Source: Lingula anatina
Taxonomy: Eukaryota > Animalia > Brachiopoda
Direction: 5' to 3'
Assembly (NCBI GenBank): GCA_051362555.1
Contig: CM120647.1
Span: forward strand, 12,004,651-12,068,650
DNA length: 64,000 nt
Numbering within the stretch: the stretch's first letter is position 1; each line of letters begins with the position of its first letter. The position numbers were made by a program, and so were the translations under genes. The notes under the pieces were generated by a model that saw only the letters and a list, made by a program, of their open reading frames with translations, was not told the origin of the DNA and made no database searches. Below are positions 52,818-64,000 of the stretch, piece after piece.

Positions 52818-52909
52818 GCACGTTTTCATTCCGTTCTCTCTCTCCATTTCACTCACCACAAGAATTGAACCAGAACCAACAACATCAACGACACCAGCAG
52901 CTTGCGCAT
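42486..52909 (-). CDS. Secreted multi-cbEGF / Kazal-like / LCCL domain protein (~628 aa, 19 coding exons)
   Basis: All introns are GT-AG and phase-compatible. Exons: 52909-52857, 52681-52617, 52246-52220, 51893-51852, 51107-50982, 50244-50119, 49692-49567, 49015-48893, 48621-48499, 47962-47840, 47356-47234, 46837-46715, 46171-46049, 45333-45211, 44780-44754, 44275-44098, 43706-43643, 43194-43061, 42543-42486 (sum 1887 nt). Signal peptide [28 protein letters not shown], ten D(I/V/K/E)(N/D)EC EGF repeats, QVC...KYGNGC...C Kazal-like module, and LCCL signature CPPGC...[20 protein letters not shown]. No TM segment. Confidence 0.85.
45575..45726 (-). pseudogene. Dead cbEGF exon (in-frame stop, donor lost)
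   Basis: Reads [50 protein letters not shown]. The acceptor is intact but there is no GT at the expected donor position. Confidence 0.8.
46242..46443. mobile_element. Intronic MITE (PIF/Harbinger-like)
   Basis: GGGTGCATTCCCA ... TGGGAATGGGGTCC, flanked by TAA and TAG. Near reverse complement of 18747-18966. Confidence 0.8.
49153..49544. mobile_element. Possible Kolobok-type MITE in an intron
   Basis: Flanked by TTAA (49149-49152, 49545-49548) with short ggcg/cgcct termini only. Confidence 0.35.
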
Positions 52910-52958
52910 TTTTGCAAGATTCGATACACAAGGTTTACTCCTAAAAGTATCCACAAAC

Positions 52959-52997
52959 CAACTGTAAAGTCTCCGAAGAGGAGGACCTTTATTTATA
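52959..52997 (-). promoter_or_regulatory. TATA box and initiator-like site of the EGF-LCCL gene
   Basis: TATAAATAAA at 52997-52988 on the - strand, ACAGTT ~30 nt downstream, and ATG at 52909. Confidence 0.6.
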
Positions 52998-55900
52998 CCC
53001 GAAAAAATGTTGTCGACGTGTGTCGTTCACAACCAATGTCAATATCATTTCCGATGCAATTAAAAAGAGCAAATTTTCAACCCTTCTCTTCATTAATCCG
53101 TAATAAGTCATCAGCTTTCTGCCTACGTTTCCGTTAAAATGTATGCAAAGTTGTTACAAAATCAACGAATGTATGTTCGGCTTGGGTAAACTTCATGTAT
53201 ATACTGCAAATATACATTTTAGATGTCTCTCTCTCCCTCTCTTGTTATTCCTCTAGTTTTGTACCTTCTCAGTGAGTGATTTTTATCTAGGACAACCCCA
53301 CTAGACAATCCCCCCCCCCTCCTTCAAAGCCCCTCTCCCCTAAGACAACTCCACCCTCTTGAAAATTCACCCACAAGACACCCCCCTTCCCAAGAAAGGA
53401 AATGCACTTATTTTGAATAACCTATTTAAGGAATTTATACCCTTATTAAATATTTCACTGAAAATAAGGAAGGAGTAATGTAAAGGAGAAAGGAGAAAAA
53501 AAAAACAAAAAAACAAATGTATTGGTTCTTAAATACAAGATTCAGGAAACTCACTAAAGAGCATAAACAGAACTGAGAACTAATCTTGAATTATGAGACG
53601 CTGTGGAACAAAGATACCTCAAGTAGCCATATTTGAGGAAGATAAGATGTTATTATTTGTTTGTTTTTATGTTCTTATTATTTCAATTCATTAAAAAAAT
53701 ATAATCAAAATTAACAAATTTGTGCTTGAAGCTCAGAGGGTAAAAATAAAAGCGTAATGCAATAATAGTACATAATGATTTTTATCAAAATGCCACCTAC
53801 AGGAGAACAGCACCAAGAAAAAACAGAATAGATAAACAAATAAGAAAAAAAGAAAACACGCATAATAATTTCTAATCTTTAAGATCGATTATACAAAAAA
53901 GCATCAGCTGCTGTAGGTTAAGCGTTGTAAGGTATACTTACGAATAATTAACTATTATATTTGAACGATGAACCCCTCCTGTTTGAAATGTTTGTTGAAA
54001 AACACAACATGCGTTAGTAAGTAAACGGTTAGTGTAAATACCAATTACTTTTGGCGGACAGATGGTTCAAAGAGATGAAATATGTATGTGGTGTTCTTGA
54101 CCAAACGGCTGTTTTACATTGTTGAAACGTGTATGTAAACAAAAACCTAAATCATCTCTTCATTATCTGAGGGTGAATGAAATGTAATTTCTAAAGGAGA
54201 TTCCTTTTAAGACGGGGGAGGAGGGGGTAGTGATCACAGTTCTAGGGACATAAATCATCAATTCACAAATCACAGTGGATAGAAATTTATTCATATATTT
54301 AATTCAAAATACACTAAATACGAGTTGAAAATCACGAATAAATGAGTATAATGATATCTTTATTCGACTGAAAAAGAATAAAAAAACGTATTCACGAGTC
54401 ACTGGAATTGTTTTTTCACGGATCACGTTTAATAAAATGAACAACACGCACTTCTCGGGAATAAAAAAGAGACTTTCACGGGTAACGAAAATCCTCAGTA
54501 GCACCCTCCTTTATCAGGACGATCCGCTGAGAAGGGTTGACTGAAAGTCAACGACACGTGAGACTGTATATGTTTATAGAGCAAGGAAGAGAATGTGTCT
54601 CAGGTAAGATAACTCCTATGGAAATCACAGACACTGCTAGCCTGTCTAGGTAACTGACGCCCTTCTTTATACACGTACCGTAATATACTATGACAGTGTA
54701 TTAATCATTTCAGTAAACGAATCGCACTACGTGAAAAATGCAAATGCTTAAGGTTCAATAAAATAGGAACAACACGGTAGTGTTATAAAATCCGTCTTAT
54801 ACCTTTAGCTCTCTCCGCCTCTCCTTCGCCCGGTCGAATGAGGTAAATATTTAATTACTGTGCCCCTGCAGGGTCAACGCTTGGGGAGGCAGAGGGACCA
54901 TGACAGGATTAAGCGGTTTTCCTTTTTTTACATATTTGATCCTTTCACCAGTTATTATCTATTCTGAATGGCCCCTTAGATTCAAATCTTAATCACTGAA
55001 GAAAAGCCAAAATTATGAAAGAAAATCTCTTTCATGTTATAAATTAAAATAATGAATGTCCACTCAATTAAAGCTACCAGAAATTGCAGACTCAGTGACG
55101 AATCTAAAATTGTGGAAATAGTTTGGCTTCATCGTTTTCAATACTCTTGTGATCTCTTCAAACAAAATCACACCTGAGATATTTTCGATAAAGCAAGTCT
55201 AAGGTTCTAGCGTTATTTGAACTCCCCGCCAGCGGATTATATATTCATGTTTATGGCAACCAAAAGAAATGAAGCAGTTACAGTTTTTACTTTTATTAAA
55301 TTTGTTTTTAAGTCAGACACAATTATAGATTCAAATGTAGAGTAGATAAAACATAACAGTTAAATTGATAACTGTATTTCCTTGTAAGCGACGCCTAATT
55401 GATTTGTGGCTCTCGGCCTCTAAGTCAAAGGCAGACGCCAGAGATAATTTTCATGCTTGAGTGGCTGACCTCTAGCCCATAATAAAGAAGTCAACAACGC
55501 TGGCTACTGTGTTCTTTTTGTGCACCTGCAGTCACTTCGAAAATGGGTAGCCAACCATCTCGGTGGTATTCAATGGTACGACACGTCAGGGAATCAACCT
55601 GGCAGTTTCAATAATAAAAAAAGTCACTCTCTTGGGTGTAAAATGAATAAAAAATCAATTCCTAATTATCTCCCGTTAATTTTTTTATTCAGAGGTTTAC
55701 AAAAAAAAATAAATAAATAAATAAAATAAATAAATAAAATAAATAGAAAATAAATAAAAAATAATAAAAAATAATAAAAAAACACGCGAAACATTACGAG
55801 ATGACCGTATCATGAAAAAGGGGCGCCTTTCGCTCTCTGAAACTCGCCTCCATACTTACAGTAAGCTTGCAGCCACCGATTTCAAAAGGAGGCATTCCTT

Positions 55901-56679
55901 TAATGAATATGTGAACCTTTTATATAATTTAGTTGAGCAAACTTAAGAAATTGCATTAAGTCGAATTTTGGTTAGGAAAAAAATACTTCTTACCTAAAGA
56001 GAAGTATTTGCAACCCACACGAACGTAACAATCATTTCTTGCCCCTCCAAATTTGATAACAGAGCCACCATCCAATTTTCTGGTCGCATGCACCATTTTG
56101 CATAAGTGTTTGTCAACATTTACAGAAACAAATTGGGAACGGGTCTCACCACTGATAAGAATGTGTCAACATTTACCTTAGTATATTCCATCGTTGGTGT
56201 TTTCTATTCCCTTATATTTTTATCGGGCGTTATAGGCGAATGGCACCTTTTTACCTCCATTTCCGAGCTTTGATCGAGATCTGATTTTTTAAAAAGCTAG
56301 GCAACGGGAGACAACAACGCTGGCTCGAAATGAACTTGTAAACTTATAAAATTGGACTTTTTTTCATTAAGTTTATAGCGTGGAAATCACTAAAATTAAG
56401 CGTTTTATCATTCCTTAATCTTAACAAATTCCTCAGTGTATAATAATTATTATTATTAATAGTGTTATTTAAAGTTAGAAATCCTAAAAAGTTTACTAGG
56501 CTTTATAATGCTAAGATTTTGTAGTATTGAAAACAAAATGAAAAACCATAGATAAGACATCAACTTATAGGGTGCCTTTTTTTCAAATTACTTTTATTGT
56601 TTTATACTTGAACTTAAAACTGCTTTGAACATATAACAATACAAACACAGGCTTGTCTACCTGAATGCCTGACCCTTTT

Positions 56680-58830
56680 GTTCACTATTTAAATAAGATT
56701 ATTGAGATTTTTCTTGTTATTTGTTGAAAAAAGTTCCTGTAGCTTAACTATATTTGGTCTGATCCATAACTTTCTTTCGGTGAGTAAGCTTCTTCTTTCT
56801 GCATAAAAGTGCAATTAAATACATAACGGAATTCATCTCCTATTTCATTTGTTTTTACAGAAATGACATGCACTGCATAACATCAAATTCTTAGGTACTA
56901 TTGACCATATTTTGGTCTCTATTAGTAATCTATGATTAATAGTTCTAAATTTGGCTATTGTTATTGTTTGTAGGCACACAGAGTGGAAGGAGTATATAGT
57001 GTCTACATTTAAACTCTGAATTGGTGAAGATGTTATAAGTGAACCTTTTACTTTTATCATTACAATCTGAACTCCATTCTGGAATGAAGTGTTCCTGTTC
57101 CTTTTACGCAATTCATCAGCCATTCTTTGTTACATGCATCTTGTGTACTAAATATATTACGTGGACCACAATTATCAGCAATGGACTTCAGATAGTGCAA
57201 CCAGTTGTATTCACATCCGTTTGTGATTTTTTATAGATACGTTTGCATAGTATATACCAATGTTCACTTTGTTTACAAGTTAAACTCCTTGCTTTAATGC
57301 TAATACTTAATGACATTCTATGATACATGTAAAATAATAAGCCCCATACTTCACGGCCATACAATAAGATTGGAACACTCATCTTATTAAAGAAGTCTAA
57401 GTGATCAACAACACTTAAATTAAGATGCCTTGCTCTCTTGGATACTGCATATATTGCTTTTGTTTTCTTCTTTGCTGAATGCCTCTTTTTTCTATAAAAG
57501 AAACAGTTTTAAAGAAACAAACCATTAAATACTTTACATAATAAATCATAATTTAAACATGTTTGCTGTCGAATTAAATTTTAAATTTTTTTGAGAACGC
57601 CCTTTGGAATCACCATTAGTTTTGTCTTTTCAACATTTACTCCTAACTTCGACATCTGACAGTAGGTTGAGAAGCAGGTATAACTTAAAAATTGATATTG
57701 CAAATTTTCTTTTAGGTCTGCTAGGAGGCCAGTATCTTCTGCATATAGTGTAATCACTATTTTCATAAATGTTTGTAACTGAGATTCAAGGTCATTCAAT
57801 ATATAAGATAGGCCTGTGGCATCTTTTTGCAATACTGAGAATAGAACAGAAGACAAGTGTTCACACTCCATTACTTCTATTTTGCAAGAAATGTTTTCCG
57901 ATAATTCGCCCTTTAATAATAATCTTGAATTACATTTTCACTGTGACGGTGAGACATTTTCCATTCACATTATGGTTCATTAGTTTCCACAATAACCCTC
58001 CTCTCTATAGTTCATCAAAAGCAGATTTAAGATCTATAAAAGATAGTTAAATAATAAATATGATCATTGGTTCAGTAGTTCGCTCGTACAAATCCCTATA
58101 TTTTTTACGTTACAAAAGGACGTTATCAGAGAAGTTCGTTAATCTTTTACACAATATTGATGTGAATACCTTGCTCAGGCAGCTAAGTAGAGATGTTGGT
58201 CGGTATAGTTCCGCGGATTATTTATATTTTTCCAGAATTTGGGATTATAGTGCAAATGTACCTATTAGCCAAGTTTCTGGTGAAATACCTTTATACCACT
58301 ATCTAGTACCACATTAAATATTTTTAAAGTAAATTGGCATCATGCTGTTAACAGAAGACAATATAGTTATTCAGTATCTTGTCAGCACCAGCACTTTTGT
58401 TTCTCTTTAGTTTTTTTATCGTGTTTTGGATTTCATTTTCAGCATTTAATGTTTTTAGCATATCAGTATTTTAACTGTTCTTGGTCATGATTCAAATGAA
58501 CATTTCCATCTTCACTGTGATTTACTTTATACTTCATAGTTGTAGTAAGTTATGTAAATTATTTGTTTTAACATCTTTGTCCAGGACTTTTATTTAATGA
58601 TTCCCAATATTTCTTTGGGTCTTAAAGATGGAATTTCCACATTTTTTTTCATGATGGTTATTCTATCTTTTTATTCGATGTTGTTATCTAATGTGTTTTG
58701 AAGCTTTTTATTTTGCTTATCTATGTTCACTTTTGAAAATATTTCATCATATTTCTTACGTAATCTTATTGCTCTTCTTTACTGCATTTTAGTCTCTAAA
58801 CATTTTGTCAAACCAGCCTTTCTTTGAGAT
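56680..58830 (-). mobile_element. Decayed non-LTR retrotransposon (RT and C-terminal Cys/His region)
   Basis: Fragments EHLSSVLFS...LNDLE...LYAEDT...LGVNVEKTKLMV (RT motifs), VPILLYGREVWG, and AKFRTINHRLLIET...C..C...IGDEF, with many stops and frameshifts. Confidence 0.85.
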
Positions 58831-59233
58831 CCCTAATATCTGGTTAATAAAATTGGTATGATAACATACTAAACTTCAGGACAAGGCCAACAAGCACATA
58901 TCTAACACATACAGGTATGTTATGCACAGCTGTAGGCGACATTGTAGGTAATGAATACTATAAATTCTAAGAAAATGTCATTTTAATGTTATTTGGAAAA
59001 TAATCTTTAAAGTATACTTCATAATTTTTATTTGCCTATTAAGAAGTAGTTTGGGCTATGGATGTCTGAGGAACGATTAAAAATAAACGATACATTTTTC
59101 ATAAGATTCTAGTTTCTATTGTGCCTCGCCTTCAAGGGACCAGAATTGTAGTCAAAAATCGTTAAAATCGAAATGAAATCGTTAAATGGGTCATTTTTTT
59201 TGTCCAGACTCAATAGTTAAACATTTTGAACAG

Positions 59234-59450
59234 TTTTATACCCCGCGGCGTAATTACTGGCAGCGCCGAGAATTAATTACAGCCTTGGAAGTAACTGGCT
59301 CGCGCTGCCCGTAATTACGCCGTGGGGTATTCAGGGCACAGACCGTGATCACAAGATACCGTAATTAGATTTTTAGATTTTTAGAAAATAGATTTTTCAT
59401 GTGAACGCAGCCAAAGTGTGCGGGTATTTGCCGTTAGACAACATATCTTA
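59234..59450 (+). mobile_element. Miniature Helentron-type (HINE-like) element with a long 5' hairpin
   Basis: TTTT then ataccccgcggcgtaattactggcagcgc (59238-59266), which pairs with 59302-59330. 3' subterminal repeat gcgggtat at ~59420. Confidence 0.55.
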
Positions 59451-60172
59451 TGGCCCAGTCACAATGTCGGCGATCTGTCGGGGATTAGTTTTGGCCGGGG
59501 GTCTTCGTAGAAAATAAAGAATTCTTGAACAATCCTAGCAATAATCCTAATGAAAGTGGAGCAGTCACATTGTCTTAGATTTTTTCAAGGATTTTGACCA
59601 GGTTTTGTCGAAAAATCGCCTCCGATTGCATCTTCAAAATTTTCTGTCACAGCCTCCTGCAGCAAGAGCGTCTCAAACTTTTAGCGATCCGGTTGGAGGC
59701 GCCCTTATATACACGGCGATTTACTACGATTCCACCGTACGATTCGTCGAAGACGATCACATAAAGCGTACGAATCGTCGCAGGGCGCCTCCGATTCAGT
59801 CGGAGGGCGCCGGAGACTACTCGCAGACATTGAATCTCAACCTGATTTTCCAATCCCACACAGAATCTTGCGACTAGTCTCAGATTATTCGGAGGACGCC
59901 TCCGATTAATCGGAAGGCATCGTAGGTCGTCGGAGATTGTGTCTGGAATGCCCAAAATGGGTGAAAAATCTTGCGAGCAATCTTAAAATTTTAAGTTCAA
60001 AGTTGGGGACCGCGACGGGTGTGGCGATGTCTAAAAAATCTGCGACAACCCACAGGCGTCCGGAGAGCGCCTCCGACGGGTGCAAAATCGTGAGATCTGT
60101 CTCAAGATTTTGTTCAAATTTCCCGGGTTTTACCCATCCCCGACGCATCGCAACTGATTTGTGACTGGGCCT
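59451..60172. mobile_element. GC-rich PIF/Harbinger-type non-autonomous element
   Basis: TIRs GGCCCAGTCACAA / TTGTGACTGGGCC flanked by TTA and TAA, with internal repeats of cgcctccga/tcggagg. Confidence 0.8.
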
Positions 60173-61027
60173 TAAATCATCACTGAGCGAGATAAAGAAT
60201 CATAATTACACAATTTTAAGTCCAATTAAACGTCACACCCTATAATCCGCTTGAAGCCTCCGACTCCATATCACCACCACATCACCACCCCTCTATTGAA
60301 ATATCAATTAAAATGGTCAGTTATAAGTTTAGTTTAATGGTATCTTATTTGGGGCACTTTAAAACAATGGTTATTATAAATGTTATATCTGAAAATATAA
60401 CATATAAGCTTAAAAACACTTTTTTTCATAAAAAATGATAAGAAAGCAAAATGCACTTTATGCTTTTCAACCGTTTTATTTAACCCACTTTTTAAGACTT
60501 TAAAGACAAAAATATTTCGGAAACACCAATATGCGAAGAAGTGAAGGAATATCAAGACAAACAGAGATAGAACCGGTGACTATGTCCATACTGTATAGTT
60601 CTACTGTGGACCCATACATCCAGTAGGACTATCTTTCAAGCGCATTAAAAGAGTATGCCCAGACGAACCCCGCATTTATTTTCTAACCAATATTAGACCT
60701 ACAACTTCAACTACAACTAGTACTACAACACAATATGTTATAGAAGCCCACGTAGCATTTTCCATCTTGGTTTAGACTGCAATATGCAATCTTATTATTG
60801 TGATCCATTATAAACACCACTGAGCTTTGTTTAAGCTGCAATGTCAGTCTTGTATCCTTGCGAACGAAACCCAAAAGCAGGCAGTAAAGTAAATGAATAA
60901 TATTATGAGAACCAGAATCTAACATGAATATATCTTGATCACAAATAAGGATTCTATGTTTTCAAATCAAGAGCGATCATCCAAACAGTTCGTCTGTAAA
61001 GCCCAGTCTGCCAGTCCAGATAGTCAT

Positions 61028-63219
61028 TTATTCTTCGATATTTTCATCACCCAGGAGGCGGAAAGCACCACCAGTGTAGCGACGTTTGCTGTAAAAGAAT
61101 CGAAAGGTACTTACGTAAAATGCTTTGACTGAAAACATAGTTGACTTTGTCAACACTTGCTTTGTAAAGAAAAATAAGATACAAAAAGACTACTTTGCTG
61201 ATTTAAAGGATTACCTAGTTCATAGTGACTATCAATTTTATACGAAGAGAACGTGAGATATGAAAAGACGCTATGGAATTAAAAAAAAAAAAATGACATT
61301 TTTTCAATCTATTGTCTCATGACTAACCATGCAAAGTCGGACTTGCGTCAAAAACGCTTAAGGTCCTTTTCATATTGAGCAATATACTTATTCAAAATAG
61401 TCTGTATCGTTGCACTTTGAGAAAGCCTAACATGTAATATCAGACCTGTGATATTTACTCCCTTTCACCAACATTTTATATACCGTTAAAATCGTCGCAC
61501 TACAGGGTAAAACAAATGAATTACAATTTTTACTAGTCCGGCTTCATTATCTTATTAGGCGCTGTTATGGAATTGCAGACAGCGAACTCATTGTTGAAAA
61601 AGAATATTACTTACTTCCTCGATGGCATACCAAAACGGGTACCTCCTTCATAGGTGCCGTTGTAGGTAAGCCCCACCCCGAGGAAAAAGCCACCTTCAGC
61701 ATTTTCATCAAGACCGGCGTGGATGACGGCACGGCAGACATGGGAATTCTGGAAATGAAGAGAGGATCAAAGGTTAACCAATATCAAAATAACGTATTGT
61801 GCGAGCGTGTGTGTGTACCGTACGCGCGAAAATTTTATCAAAAATAACTAAATGAGTGAATATTGTGAAAAATACACGACAAAATAAGATAAAGATGTTA
61901 AAAATCAATGAAGAATGAAGTCAAACCAAAATGAACGATTTACAATTTGCAAAAGGAATTTAAAAATCAAAACAAGGCTTCACAAAAAAATTAAATGAAA
62001 ATAATATTTTATAAATGAGTATAAATTAAAACGTACAACTCAATGAGAAAGAGAAAGAGTGAAATATAAATGATTATTCGATAACTGATGACATTATTTC
62101 TCACCGCGGTGTAAGTATCACTCCCAAACAGTTTTCCAGCCTCGTTACATCCAGGCGGACACCAGAACCTGGAATGAAAGTCAAAAGAATGTCTGCATTT
62201 GTCATGCTCTATGAATTAATTAAGGAACTCTGTACACAGCAATATTGTATTTGAACTGGTTAACTCGTCAAACTATACCGTAAAAAACAACACTGCACAG
62301 GTCTCATTTGTCATTTACGTCAATACTGGTACGTACGTCCGATACAGAATTATAAAACGATGTGTAAAAACGTTCAACTTTTCGGCATTAGCACTGTCTT
62401 CAAGGCCTGTAGAATAAATATAATATTTCATTCATTTAACAGTCCCTGAAAAAGACGCATATGCCGGAAACTTGAAGGATTTTATACATGTGATTTTATA
62501 CATGTTTAACTGATCTATATAAATGCATTTTAGATCAATTTATTATTTAAAAAAAGTACAACTTGTGATTATGATGAATCTTCATTTAGGTTGAATACCG
62601 GAAAATAAACCTGCAACTTACCTGCACACTTCTCCGTCGTCAAGCTGAAGTTTGCCACAGCTTCGTTTCCAATTGGTCGAGCAGGTCTGTTTGAGGACAT
62701 CGCAACCGTTTCCATATCTCTTCCAAGACCTGCAGCGGCACACCTGACCACCGTCAGGAAAATCCAGACAATCTCCCTTGCAGCTGCGTCGTTCACAAGC
62801 TGATGAAAACAAATGATATTATTATAGAATGCTATACATTGGTCAATGAATTAACATATTTTGAATGTCACCTCTTTACAATAGGGTTGAACAAACGATG
62901 GTTATGAAGTTATAAAGTAGTTCATAGATAAAAACAAAATTGCTTAAATTCTTATGAAATGAGTTAGGTCACTAAGTGTTGAATCTTAAGAAACAATTAT
63001 ATTTTTAACAGTTGGTTTTCTCTATTTCACGATAGATCCTTATTCACGATTAATCAAAATATGTTATTAAACTTCATCCCATTTAATGCAGAGTGAATAG
63101 TAAAAAAATCAAATTAGTGAATATATTGAAAGAGATTACTAGTATAAGCAGACATTTAAACAAAAGGATCTCAACAATAAGGACGAAACACCAGTAACAA
63201 CAGCAGCAACAACAACTCC

Positions 63220-63266
<47 letters not shown>

Positions 63267-63487
63267 TTGTTAAATCCACAAAAGCCTTGTCCTATTCAAT
63301 GAATAAGGATTGCATTTACATTGTAGCTATTTCTTGTTATAAAAAAGATCCAGGACAATTTTTGGTTTTATCAGGCTGAAATACAGTTAATTTTAGTTAA
63401 TTTTAAGACCTATCAGTGAATGGACTCATTCTTTTTTGCTATTGTATAAAGGGTACTTACTGGGTAACTCTTCCTCCTCGGCTACAG
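61028..63487 (-). CDS. Tandem paralog of the EGF/Kazal-like/LCCL gene, last five exons (5' part lies beyond the window)
   Basis: Exons 63487-63461, 62799-62622, 62168-62105, 61748-61615 and 61088-61028 have the same phases and nearly the same sizes as the first copy. The frame is open (…[31 protein letters not shown]…[18 protein letters not shown]). Flanks 60270-63580 align with 41730-44900. Confidence 0.85.
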
Positions 63488-63526
63488 CTAAAATATAAGG
63501 AAATGATATTTGTATGAAATATTTTG

Positions 63527-63581
<55 letters not shown>

Positions 63582-64000
63582 CTTGACATTTAATATGGAA
63601 TATTTTTTCCAAAACATAATTCATCAATTTTTTTCCTATTTTGCTGACTGATAAATTAAAATAAGGATTAAAATCGTGTTTTAATACCTTTTGATAATCT
63701 CTTTGATGTCATTGTGACATCAGTTCATTAATTGAATTCGTCAGTGAAGCAAACAAAAATACATTGCCTATTTTAAGTCATACGACAACCAATGAGAGCG
63801 ATATTTTGGATCTCCATATTTTCCTAATTATTGTCTTTAAAAGAGTTACACGCCCCACACAGGCCCCCCATGTCAGTGTCTAGTCACAGCAACAGTCGCT
63901 GTTACGCCTGACCTCATCTTGCTGGAGCTTTCAAGCCGCAAGGCATTTCTTATGATAGGCTTTTTAGAGTTAAATCTGGAATAAAATTCCAGAATACGGT

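Noticed and set aside
54221-54508. Possible Sola-like MITE (GAGGG...CCCTC, TCACG-rich interior)
   Set aside because: The terminal match is too short and no TSD is evident.
59605-60164. Overlapping GC-rich ORFs
   Set aside because: They lie inside a TIR-bounded non-autonomous element, show no transposase motifs, and are explained by GC content.

Overview
AT-rich eukaryotic (invertebrate-like metazoan) genomic DNA with spliceosomal introns, microsatellites and many transposon relics. The left ~40 kb is a tandem array of about five units of an unrecognised gene family on the + strand. Each has a single coding exon for a signal-peptide-bearing protein with a Cys-containing ectodomain and ~8-10 hydrophobic segments. 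Only the copy at 12368-14899 is intact. The others are 5'-deleted and frameshifted (~530-2478), fragmentary (~17380-17830), split by two TTAA-flanked Kolobok-type insertions plus a nonsense codon (20713-32692), or reduced to an orphan promoter (~35300-35560). The intergenic DNA carries 11 copies of a TTCN3GAA (STAT/GAS-type) motif, often next to a GC box, and the conserved promoters carry an IRF-E-like motif. The right ~22 kb holds a complete 19-exon minus-strand gene (52909-42486, ~628 aa by my exon reconstruction) for a secreted protein: signal peptide, RSKR furin site, cationic amphipathic segment, ~10 calcium-binding EGF repeats, Kazal-like module and LCCL domain. The 3' part of a tandem paralog follows at 63487-61028. 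The overall picture (inference) is a rapidly turning-over, possibly immune-inducible locus. No rRNA, tRNA or CRISPR features were seen.
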